A stretch of DNA of 64,000 bases from a virus (taxonomy: Duplodnaviria > Heunggongvirae > Uroviricota > Caudoviricetes): positions 15,804 through 79,803 of the IMG/VR virus record IMGVR_UViG_3300012075_000001, one strand, 5' to 3'. The notes beneath the pieces are model-generated. The model saw only the letters and a program-made list of their open reading frames with translations, did no database searches and had not been told where the DNA came from. Positions 9,911 to 18,291 of the stretch are shown here, in pieces. The translations under genes were made by a program, and so were the position numbers. Positions within the stretch are counted from its first letter, which is position 1; every line of letters begins with the position of its first letter.

Positions 9911-10308
9911 GTATAGAATTTAACAAAGAATTTTCCGAAGGAAAGTATAAAGGCGAAACGCCAGCTAGTCTGATTCTCATGCTTCAGAATAATGCAAATT
10001 TTGAAGGTGTTGATTATTTACTTTGGCGAAGAAAGAGCTACGGCACCCAAAACCCAGCAGGCTTCAAGTTTTATTATGATGCCATTACTAATGCTTTGAT
10101 TGACTCAATTGTTTATGAAGTGCCAGCACTGAAGAACAAATACCCTGTAACTGTTTACGCCAAACAAGAAGCTGCCAGCATTATTGATGAATATCAAAAG
10201 AAGGTCGAGCAGGAAGAAAAAGAAAGAGTTTTAGAAGAAGAACGCAAAGAGCGTGCTAGACAAGAACATGCCGCACGTTACAAGGGCCAATGGGGGAGCT
10301 GGGCGTAA
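9907..10308 (+). CDS. hypothetical protein; first member of a coupled array, ending ...KGQWGSWA
   Basis: GTG start overlapping the upstream stop (GTGA). Its C-terminus encodes the RBS and start of the next gene. Confidence 0.45.
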   Translation: MSIEFNKEFSEGKYKGETPASLILMLQNNANFEGVDYLLWRRKSYGTQNPAGFKFYYDAITNALIDSIVYEVPALKNKYPVTVYAKQEAASIIDEYQKKVEQEEKERVLEEERKERARQEHAARYKGQWGSWA

Positions 10309-10745
10309 TGCTAGAAGAACAGTTGGAGCCAGACCTAAACATTGTTGAGCATCTTTTTCAGCAAGATGATTATGTTTACCGCTTAATGTTTTTGAGCAAT
10401 TCGAATGGTAGCAAAGTGGCTTTTTTGAAGGGTTTATATAATTGGCAAGATCCACATACGCACCCAATGGAAACAATCCTTTTAACATCTGAAAACACCG
10501 AAAGAGACGAGGTGTTTGCCAACGGAACGACGTTCATTGAAGAAATCAAAAGGGATTTGTATGGAAAGGCTGAATATAACTGGTGGACATCACCCGTTTA
10601 TTTTAACGATAACAGTGAGATGTGTACGTTAGAGGCAAAACTAACCAGAACAATCGGGTCTTATTTGAGAAGAGAGGTTTTGAAGTTCTTTAGAGATCAA
10701 CCAGTTCCGCAACGCAACAATCCAAATTGGGGAGCATGGTCATGA
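10308..10745 (+). CDS. NPNWGAWS-tail paralog 1
   Basis: TAATG overlap with upstream gene. Ends NNPNWGAWS. Shares the KVAFLKG / KMAFVKG block with the next gene. Confidence 0.5.
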   Translation: MLEEQLEPDLNIVEHLFQQDDYVYRLMFLSNSNGSKVAFLKGLYNWQDPHTHPMETILLTSENTERDEVFANGTTFIEEIKRDLYGKAEYNWWTSPVYFNDNSEMCTLEAKLTRTIGSYLRREVLKFFRDQPVPQRNNPNWGAWS

Positions 10746-11263
10746 AATACATCCCGAATCTGAATGCACAGCTTTGCGTCTTAGAGTACCGATTTAGAAA
10801 CGAGTATGAAAATAGCTGCCTAATGGTTATCTCGACCTTGGACAGAGCTAAAATGGCTTTCGTCAAAGGTCACACACGCAGAGATGTACCGGAATTAGGC
10901 CCTCAACAATGGGAAGTGAAACTAGCTAATGATAAAAATAATGAGCGCATCAGATCAGATAGCGAAAGACTGTTTTATCCAAATGTCGGAGAACTGCATA
11001 GCTACGCCCTTGATGAAATTCATACCTATATGCGCGAACATAATGGAGTCAAACACAAATGTGAGCGCGAAGAGTACACCGTCTTATTTGATAATAAAGA
11101 TCAAGCTGGAACGTTAATTGGGAAAATGGAAAAATTCGTTGGAGGTACGAAAACAAGAGATGTTCTTAGTTTTCTTGGTGCTTATGTTGGTGTGGTAGAA
11201 AAAGTTACTGTTCAGCCTGAAGCGCCAAAAAGAACAAACCCTAATTGGGGAGCTTGGTCATGA
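10742..11263 (+). CDS. NPNWGAWS-tail paralog 2
   Basis: ATGA stop/start overlap, SD GGAG 7 nt upstream. Ends TNPNWGAWS. Confidence 0.5.
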   Translation: MKYIPNLNAQLCVLEYRFRNEYENSCLMVISTLDRAKMAFVKGHTRRDVPELGPQQWEVKLANDKNNERIRSDSERLFYPNVGELHSYALDEIHTYMREHNGVKHKCEREEYTVLFDNKDQAGTLIGKMEKFVGGTKTRDVLSFLGAYVGVVEKVTVQPEAPKRTNPNWGAWS

Positions 11264-11730
11264 AAAAAGGAATTTTATCAAATGAAATCCAAATCAAAGC
11301 TAAAGAGATAGTGGGTTTGGAAGGTTATAGAATTCGACTGGTTCTTTTGTTTAACAATCAGACAAGCACATATCTGATTTTTAAACATGATAGCCGTTTC
11401 ACATACGAAGTAACTAAAAAGCTTATAAAAGAGGTCGGAACTGACTTTGAGGCAATTAGTAGAATATTTGATGTTGAAGTGTATAGAGCGCTTGAGCAGG
11501 CTAATGTAGGAAAAGATGATTATAAAATAGAAATCGCAGAGGGCAAACTTAGCCAAAATGAGTTTGTGTCCGACCCCTCGTTGCTTCAAGTGGTTATTGA
11601 CAGTCTAATCAATGAGGTTCAAACGCACTTCGGCAAACAAGAGGCTGACGAAGCCTTAGAATATATTGGAATTCGCCAAGTCGAAGTCATTGAGCGCAGA
11701 AATACTCCTAATTGGGGAGCATGGTCATGA
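11260..11730 (+). CDS. NPNWGAWS-tail paralog 3
   Basis: ATGA overlap. Ends NTPNWGAWS. Confidence 0.5.
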   Translation: MKKGILSNEIQIKAKEIVGLEGYRIRLVLLFNNQTSTYLIFKHDSRFTYEVTKKLIKEVGTDFEAISRIFDVEVYRALEQANVGKDDYKIEIAEGKLSQNEFVSDPSLLQVVIDSLINEVQTHFGKQEADEALEYIGIRQVEVIERRNTPNWGAWS

Positions 11731-12092
11731 GAAAACCGCACTCAATCAATGGCAAACAAGTCGGTATGGTTTATACCCAAAACGGCAAATCAATCTACTT
11801 GGCCATGCGATCTGGAGCTAAAAATCGCAACATCGATCTAAAGACCAACTCTTGGCTTTTTGAGCCCATCATTATTAGCCACTGTATTAATAATTCAATT
11901 GATGCAATTGGGGTAGTTCACCGTGTAAATAAGAAATGCACATACTACCTCACTCCATTAAGCCACTTTATTGAGAACTGCGAACCTCACAGCACATCGA
12001 AAGGCTTATTCAAAAGGTTAAATATGAATAAATTCTTAATCAATTCAAACCGTTTTCACGGCAATGTTGAAAAATCCCTCAAAATTAAGTAG
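11727..12092 (+). CDS. hypothetical protein, last gene of the coupled array
   Basis: ATGA overlap with the previous gene. No NPNWGAWS tail. Confidence 0.4.
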   Translation: MRKPHSINGKQVGMVYTQNGKSIYLAMRSGAKNRNIDLKTNSWLFEPIIISHCINNSIDAIGVVHRVNKKCTYYLTPLSHFIENCEPHSTSKGLFKRLNMNKFLINSNRFHGNVEKSLKIK

Positions 12093-12163
12093 CCTATTGT
12101 TCAGTCACCAATGACTTACTTTTAAAATGTTCATATCGAAAACAAACTAAAGAGTTTAATGAT

Positions 12164-12376
12164 ATGAACATTTCTAACAATCGCACGATTGACCGAACAG
12201 CTAAAGCCTTAATTAAGGAAGGTTGGACGTATCGCCAAAGCAAAGGCGGTCACGTTGTCTTGAAAGACCCTGCAACGGGCTTCTCTCTCCCCGCTCCTGT
12301 TTCTCCTTCTTGCCATAGAGCCGAGAAAAATTGGCTTTCAGCTGTGAAGAAAATACGACAAGGAGTTCGACCATAA
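12164..12376 (+). CDS. HicA/YcfA-like small protein
   Basis: AKALIKEGWTYRQSKGGHVVLKDP matches the HicA pattern (LEK.GW...R.kGSH...). Confidence 0.4.
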   Translation: MNISNNRTIDRTAKALIKEGWTYRQSKGGHVVLKDPATGFSLPAPVSPSCHRAEKNWLSAVKKIRQGVRP

Positions 12377-12774
12377 TGATTTTGACATCCGCGCTGACAT
12401 GCCTAGCTTTGAACATTTACCACGAAGCACGAGGTGAACCAAAGCTAGGCAAAGAGTTAGTTGCAATTACCACCCTTAACCGTGCTGAAGGCGACAATAA
12501 TAAAATTTGTCAGGAAGTCCTTAGAAAACATCAATTCTCGTGGACTACAAGTAAGGTAAGCGGTAGAACGCTCAACAGCAGCGGAAAGCCAAAAGAAAAA
12601 GAAGCTTGGGAAGATTCAAAACGAATTGCTGAACAAGCCTTGAATGGTCGATTTTCAGTTCCAGTCCGATACAGCGGTGTTACTCATTTTTGTTCACATC
12701 GTAAACGGGGTTGGGAAAAACAACTCAAATATGTTGGTCAAATAGGCAACCATCATTTTTATATGGCAAAATAA
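12376..12774 (+). CDS. cell-wall hydrolase, SleB/CwlJ (Hydrolase_2) family
   Basis: NIYHEARGE...VAITTLNRAEG...ICQEVLRKHQFSW matches the Hydrolase_2 motifs. TAATG-coupled to the HicA-like gene, SD AGGAG. Confidence 0.6.
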   Translation: MILTSALTCLALNIYHEARGEPKLGKELVAITTLNRAEGDNNKICQEVLRKHQFSWTTSKVSGRTLNSSGKPKEKEAWEDSKRIAEQALNGRFSVPVRYSGVTHFCSHRKRGWEKQLKYVGQIGNHHFYMAK

Positions 12775-12806
12775 TCAGTCAGTACTGACTTAATTATGTC
12801 TATAAT
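12775..12806 (+). promoter_or_regulatory. palindromic motif + TATAAT
   Basis: AGTCAGTACTGACT then TATAAT 11 nt downstream. Confidence 0.45.
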
Positions 12807-12835
12807 TATCTCACAATTTTGTGGAAACTATATCT

Positions 12836-13906
12836 ATGAAACCTTATGGCATTCAGTCAGATTCGCATCACCATAATTGGAGTGCGTTTTCTCACACCAC
12901 TTCAGACGGCATTAATAACCGTCTACAAGGGTGTTTAGACGAAGTTCGCCGTCTTGCAGCTGAAGTTAAAAGCGCAGGCGGCAACACTATTTATCACACA
13001 GGTGATTTATTTCATGTACGCGGGCAAATTCAACCCTCTGTACTAAACCCCACGCTTGACGTGTACCGCCGTTTAATCGAAGAAGGTTTTGTCATTCGAA
13101 TATTAGCTGGCAACCACGATCTTGAAGATCGTCATGTCACACGTACTGGCTCTGCAGTAACGGCATTAGAAGGTATCGGCTGTCAGATCGTCAATAAGCC
13201 AACCTTATTCGCAGATGACAAAGTGGTGATGATACCGTGGATTGAAAGCGTCAAAGGGCTAAAAGACGAAATCAAAGCCGCTACAGATCAATTGACTAAT
13301 TCGGGCGAAGACGTAAGTGACTGGACGCTCATGGTTCACGCACCAATTGACGGCGTAATTGTCGGTCTTCCTGATCATGGCTTAACGGCTACTGATCTTG
13401 AGGTGTACGGCTTTAAACATGTGTTTAGCGGTCATTACCATCATCACAAGCGACTAAGCGAAACCGTTTATTCGGTTGGCGCTCTGGCTCATTACACATG
13501 GTCGGATGTAGGTCACAAAGCAGGGTTCTTAGTTGTAGACGATATGGACGTTCGTTGGTTCAAATCGCATTTGCCTCAGTTTGTAGAAATAGATGGCTCA
13601 ATGGATGAATTAGATATTCATGCGGTTGTGCCTGGTAATTATGTTCGCGCAAAACTGAAGATCGTTAAACAGATCGAAATTGAGCAGTTCCGCAAGTACC
13701 TTACCGATCTTGGCGCTAAGGGCATCACAATCATTGCTTCAAAACCAGTTGCAGACGTTCAGCGTGCAAACGCAGCGGTTAAAGCGGGCGCTTCAATTGA
13801 AACGTCCGTCACTCAATTCATTTCAGGTTCACCGTTAAACAGCCCTCAACTCGATGCGCTGTGCCAATCAATTTTGACAGAAGCACGCATGGAGGTTGCT
13901 GAGTAA
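12836..13906 (+). CDS. Mre11/SbcD-family recombination nuclease (T4 gp47-like)
   Basis: Metallophosphatase motifs GDLFH, GNHD, GH.H. Confidence 0.75.
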   Translation: MKPYGIQSDSHHHNWSAFSHTTSDGINNRLQGCLDEVRRLAAEVKSAGGNTIYHTGDLFHVRGQIQPSVLNPTLDVYRRLIEEGFVIRILAGNHDLEDRHVTRTGSAVTALEGIGCQIVNKPTLFADDKVVMIPWIESVKGLKDEIKAATDQLTNSGEDVSDWTLMVHAPIDGVIVGLPDHGLTATDLEVYGFKHVFSGHYHHHKRLSETVYSVGALAHYTWSDVGHKAGFLVVDDMDVRWFKSHLPQFVEIDGSMDELDIHAVVPGNYVRAKLKIVKQIEIEQFRKYLTDLGAKGITIIASKPVADVQRANAAVKAGASIETSVTQFISGSPLNSPQLDALCQSILTEARMEVAE

Positions 13907-15858
13907 TGGAATTTTTAACACTCAAAATTAATAACTTCTTAACGATTGGCGAAGCTCGTCTTGATTTGGCTAATCGTGGTTTATTGTTGGTGCAAGGTGA
14001 AAACAAAGATAATACGTCCGCAGACTCTAACGGTTCCGGTAAGTCATCCATTGTTGACGCTTTATGCTGGTGTCTCTACGGAACTACAGCACGAGACGTT
14101 ACAGGCGATATGGTCATTAATAAGACGGCCAAAAAGGATTGTTCGGTCGAACTCACGATTCATGACAATGGACAGTGTTACAAAATCGCTCGTCACCGCA
14201 AACATGCGACACACAAAAACGCATTAATCGTTTTAAAGACAGATATTCACGGCAACGAGTTACCTAACGGCAATATCACAAAAGGCACCGACAAAGAGTC
14301 ACAAGAGTTGGTGATTGATATCGTCGGCTCTACTCTCGATGTATTTATGTCATCCGTATACGCTGGTCAGGAAATGATGCCTAACCTCCCTGCCCTTACG
14401 GATAAAAACTTAAAGGTGCTTATCGAAGAAGCTGCCGGTATTCAAGTTTTAGAACAAGCGCACACGGTCGCAAAACGTAAGTTGGCTGAAGTTAAAGGTA
14501 AGCTCTCTAATAAGCTCGCTATTCGCGATAACTTTGCGACGGTACTTGCGACCATGCAAGGGCAATTGGCAGACACTCAAGCGAAACTAGCGCAATTTGA
14601 CGCAACAAAAGAGTCACGCGCTAAAGTTGTTCTAGCTGAAGTGTTACCGCTGAGACAGGCGGTCGAAAATATCAAAGCGAATATTGGCAAGACCGACATT
14701 AATTCTCTTAATGCCGAGAAACAATCAATTGTAGCCGCGATTAATAAAATTGAAGCTATCTCGAATCAAGCTCAACAACTTGGGAAGATCCGCGATGACT
14801 TGGGTATGAAGTACCGCATCACTAATAATACTTATATCTCTTTAAATACTAATTTAAATAACTTAGTGACCAAAATTAAAGGCATCGACGGTTTAGTAGG
14901 TACGCCTTGTACACAGTGCGGTAAAGAGTATTGCAAGGATGATTTACAGCAAGCGCGAACGGCCCAAATCACACACGCTCAAACGGTCAAGCAAGACACG
15001 CTAAATGCCAAAAACGAAATGGAGCAAGCCAAAGAAGCGTTTGAACTGGCTGAAAAGAACCTTGCTGAGTTTGTTCGGAACAACCCACACGATGCCCGTA
15101 AGTTATATGCAGATTTAGCAGCTGTTGAAGGCGCAATTACCGCATTCAATTCCTCAAGCGAAGACATCAACCGCAAGATGACGGAAATCGAGCAAATCAA
15201 GATGCGTGCAAAAGGGGTTATGACAGAACAAAACCCTTTCAAGGTAATGGAAGCAGATCAACAAGCGAAGATTGCGGATTACGTTAATAAGAACTCTGCA
15301 ATCGACCAAGAAATTGCGGAGCTTCAAAAAACCGTCGAGCTACACGAACATGCGGTTCAGATCTATGGCCCTTCAGGAGTTCGGGCACACATTCTCGATA
15401 CTGTTACGCCGTTTTTGAATGAACGTACTGAAGACTATCTCGGCGCACTCACTGACGGCAACACTCATGCTGTTTGGTCAACCTTAACGCTAAACAGCAA
15501 AAAAGAACTCAAGGAAAAATTCACCATCGACGTTCGAGACAATACGGGCGGTGAATCATTCAAAGGTTTAAGCGGCGGTGAAAAACGCAAGGTTCGTTTA
15601 GCTACCGCTTTGGCCCTTCAAGATCTGGTTGCAAGTCGTGCCTCTAAGCCAATTAGCTTATTTATTGGTGATGAGATCGATGACGCCTTAGATAAATCAG
15701 GACTTGAGCGTCTTATGGGTGTGCTTGAGCGCAAAGCTCGAGAGCGAGGAACAGTCATCGTCGTTTCGCATTCTGAATTGCGAGATTGGATTGACGATGT
15801 TGTGGTGGTCACTAAAGAAAACGGTTATTCGACCGTAAGCGGTGCAAACCTCGTTTAA
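13906..15858 (+). CDS. Rad50/SbcC-family ATPase (T4 gp46-like)
   Basis: Walker A NGSGKSS, long coiled-coil middle, signature LSGGEKRKV, Walker B LFIGDEID. TAATG-coupled to the Mre11 gene. Confidence 0.8.
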   Translation: MEFLTLKINNFLTIGEARLDLANRGLLLVQGENKDNTSADSNGSGKSSIVDALCWCLYGTTARDVTGDMVINKTAKKDCSVELTIHDNGQCYKIARHRKHATHKNALIVLKTDIHGNELPNGNITKGTDKESQELVIDIVGSTLDVFMSSVYAGQEMMPNLPALTDKNLKVLIEEAAGIQVLEQAHTVAKRKLAEVKGKLSNKLAIRDNFATVLATMQGQLADTQAKLAQFDATKESRAKVVLAEVLPLRQAVENIKANIGKTDINSLNAEKQSIVAAINKIEAISNQAQQLGKIRDDLGMKYRITNNTYISLNTNLNNLVTKIKGIDGLVGTPCTQCGKEYCKDDLQQARTAQITHAQTVKQDTLNAKNEMEQAKEAFELAEKNLAEFVRNNPHDARKLYADLAAVEGAITAFNSSSEDINRKMTEIEQIKMRAKGVMTEQNPFKVMEADQQAKIADYVNKNSAIDQEIAELQKTVELHEHAVQIYGPSGVRAHILDTVTPFLNERTEDYLGALTDGNTHAVWSTLTLNSKKELKEKFTIDVRDNTGGESFKGLSGGEKRKVRLATALALQDLVASRASKPISLFIGDEIDDALDKSGLERLMGVLERKARERGTVIVVSHSELRDWIDDVVVVTKENGYSTVSGANLV

Positions 15859-15875
15859 TCACTTCAAAACATACC

Positions 15876-15911
15876 GCTAATACGCACTGATTGCGCGTAT
15901 TAGCGCGTTTT
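15876..15911 (+). terminator. rho-independent terminator after Rad50-like gene
   Basis: GCTAATACGC...GCGTATTAGC stem then GCGTTTTG. Confidence 0.55.
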
Positions 15912-15958
15912 GCGTTAAGGGCATACAAATTCACATATTAAATGCAAGGAGAGCAATT

Positions 15959-16588
15959 GTGAGTATCAGTGAAGATTTAGAGGAAATCGTCCTCGCACAG
16001 CTAGAGCAGGAGGACAAATTAGTTAAGCAGCACATGGAGGCATGCAAGTTAGAAGATTTAGAGCTTGTCGAAAAGGTCAAAGAAATCCTGACCGGAGTTG
16101 TAAATCAGATGAACGCTGAATTTGATATGAATCAAGAAGATCCTGAATCTTCTGTTTTGTCATTCGCCAATCAATTCATGTTGATTCAAGGTGGAAACAT
16201 TCAGGTTCGAAAAATTTTCAAGAGCGGTGCCGATTCATGGTCACAACGTGAGTTCTTAGGGGGTGAAACTTTTCTTTTGTATCAAGCTGGGATTAACGAA
16301 ACCCTTATAGAGCAAGCAAATCTTTGGACTCAAGAAGGCTTTTTCGACTTAATTCATCTTCGCTTCAAGCCGACATTTGCAGCTGACTTTACAGAAATCA
16401 TGGTTGATATCTGGCGCGGTCAAGAACTCTTTAACGGATTGAAAGAGACATTGACGGAAGTGTTTGACAGCTTCTCGTTTAGACCCGCGATCAAATCAAT
16501 CATGGAAGCAAAAACGGAAATTCTCAAGCTCCGCAATGCGCGTGAGCAAAAAATCCTAAGTTTAAGAAAGAACGTTACAGTGTGGTAA
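15959..16588 (+). CDS. hypothetical protein
   Basis: GTG start with SD AGGAGA. Confidence 0.4.
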   Translation: MSISEDLEEIVLAQLEQEDKLVKQHMEACKLEDLELVEKVKEILTGVVNQMNAEFDMNQEDPESSVLSFANQFMLIQGGNIQVRKIFKSGADSWSQREFLGGETFLLYQAGINETLIEQANLWTQEGFFDLIHLRFKPTFAADFTEIMVDIWRGQELFNGLKETLTEVFDSFSFRPAIKSIMEAKTEILKLRNAREQKILSLRKNVTVW

Positions 16589-16593
16589 AAAAT

Positions 16594-17241
16594 ATGAGTA
16601 ATACATTGAGAGTGGTTGGGATTGATCCAGCGCTGCAAAATATGGGAGTGGTATTTGCAGAAGTTGATTTAACCCAAGAGAACTACTCTTTCAAAGTTGT
16701 AGACATGCAGCTATTCCAAACTGAAGGTGAGAGAGTCACTAAAGTTGTGCTTGGTGCAGATGGCAAGAAACGCACTAAGAAAGTTAAACCGAAGACTTTG
16801 CGACAAAATTTGGATGATCTTCGCAGATCAAGAGAGTTAGCAGAAGGGCTTGCTGAAGCTTGCTCTAAAGCCGATATCGTTATAGCCGAGATACCCACTG
16901 GCTCGCAAGATGCAAGAGGGTGCGTATCATACGGAGTCTGCTTGGGGTTGCTTTCAACTTGTTCCGTTCCCTTTGTTGAAGTTATGCCGAGGGAAGTAAA
17001 ACTCTCAGGAACTGGCATTGATACAGCCAGTAAAGGCGAAATGATCGAAGCGGCAATAAAGGAGCATCCAGAAGCTGACAAATTCTGGCTTAGACGCAAG
17101 CTTAAAGGTGAAATGGTGCTTACTGAAAACAATGAACATTTGGCCGATGCGATTTTTGCCATTAAGGCTGGATTGGCAAAGGAACAGTTTAAAAAGCATG
17201 TTGAAACAATCAAGCAGTTAAAAAATACCCAAACGGTTTAA
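16594..17241 (+). CDS. RuvC-like Holliday junction resolvase
   Basis: VVGIDPALQNMGVVF resembles RuvC ILGIDPGSRVTGYGV. Also has the IVIAEIP acidic motif and a C-terminal LADAIFAIKAG helix. Confidence 0.5.
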   Translation: MSNTLRVVGIDPALQNMGVVFAEVDLTQENYSFKVVDMQLFQTEGERVTKVVLGADGKKRTKKVKPKTLRQNLDDLRRSRELAEGLAEACSKADIVIAEIPTGSQDARGCVSYGVCLGLLSTCSVPFVEVMPREVKLSGTGIDTASKGEMIEAAIKEHPEADKFWLRRKLKGEMVLTENNEHLADAIFAIKAGLAKEQFKKHVETIKQLKNTQTV

Positions 17242-17257
17242 AATTTTAGGCATTAGA

Positions 17258-17278
17258 TCAGTCAGTACTGACTATACT
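17258..17278 (+). promoter_or_regulatory. palindromic motif + TATACT
   Basis: Followed by the hairpin TTAAGGCGGCGA-TATG-TCGCCTTAA and a T-rich tract. Confidence 0.5.
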
Positions 17279-17338
17279 ATTAAGGCGGCGATATGTCGCC
17301 TTAATATTTTCTTTATTAAGTTTTTGGATCACTAACAG

Positions 17339-17929
17339 ATGAGCAATGATAACTTAAAGCACTTCATGGAGGGGAATGCCGCTCGCATTATCATTCGGTT
17401 GAATCCGTTTGAAAGAGATGCTCAAAGCGCATTTGAATTTAGCAAGAGAAAGGCTGAGCATCACGCGATAGATGATGGCTTTATTTCGGCAGAGTGTTTG
17501 AAGTGTCATTGTTTTAATGTGGAGCACGAAGTTGTTCGCAATCACATGCTTTGTGATGACGAAGTAAGAACGACATTTAGATGTAATTCCAGAACAATTT
17601 TTCGCCCGTCAATGTGCCCCGTTTTAGGTGTCCCAAGCGACCTAACGACAAGTATTGCAAATCTCACATCTCAAATAAGTTCGATGGGTCCATCGATCAA
17701 AGCAAGTGCGAGTGCAATAAGTTCGCTGTCTAGTCGAGTTAGTGACTTGTATGTAAGTGATAGAAAAGCCGAATCGTGGGATGGCTATTTTGAAGATTCA
17801 GGCATTATCTCTGAGCCAAAACCACCAAAGAAAACGCCAGAAGAGCTACAAAAAGAGCTAGAGGAAGGCTCAGATGAACTGGCGGGCATTACTAAAGATA
17901 TGCCTCGAAGTGGTGGGGTGGCGTGGTGA
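17339..17929 (+). CDS. hypothetical protein (Cys/His cluster)
   Basis: ORF follows a promoter-like motif and hairpin. Confidence 0.4.
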   Translation: MSNDNLKHFMEGNAARIIIRLNPFERDAQSAFEFSKRKAEHHAIDDGFISAECLKCHCFNVEHEVVRNHMLCDDEVRTTFRCNSRTIFRPSMCPVLGVPSDLTTSIANLTSQISSMGPSIKASASAISSLSSRVSDLYVSDRKAESWDGYFEDSGIISEPKPPKKTPEELQKELEEGSDELAGITKDMPRSGGVAW

Positions 17930-17934
17930 TAATA

Positions 17935-18246
17935 ATGCACAGACCTCGAAGCATGGGAAGATCAGCATTTCATAAAGAATTTATGGAACAACTTACAAAA
18001 GAAAAGTTAAGACAAGGTAAAGATGTTTGGATGACATCTACACCTTCCAAGCAATCACCAAAGGCGATTTACATGGATGAATGCGACTACCAAGATCACA
18101 TGCTAGATGCTTGGACAAAGGTGATGTTTGCAAACCTTGTCAAAGACGGAAAAGCAGTTGTGACAGTTGATTCCAACGAAGCGGAACCAGAAAAGGTTAT
18201 TCCGCTTAACTCAGATAAACCCCGAACAAAAGCAATTGTTTGGTAA
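17935..18246 (+). CDS. hypothetical protein
   Basis: ATG at 17935 within the ORF. Confidence 0.35.
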   Translation: MHRPRSMGRSAFHKEFMEQLTKEKLRQGKDVWMTSTPSKQSPKAIYMDECDYQDHMLDAWTKVMFANLVKDGKAVVTVDSNEAEPEKVIPLNSDKPRTKAIVW

Positions 18247-18291
18247 CTCTCGTGGCACAAGCCACACAACGTAACGCAACAAGGAAACAAA

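Noticed and set aside
11278-11589. 103-aa minus-strand ORF antisense to paralog 3
   Set aside because: No RBS; overlaps a coupled +-strand operon.
16683-17213. 176-aa minus-strand ORF
   Set aside because: Lies entirely antisense to the RuvC-like gene, has no SD/start context, and is low-complexity Ser/Leu-rich. Likely a shadow ORF.
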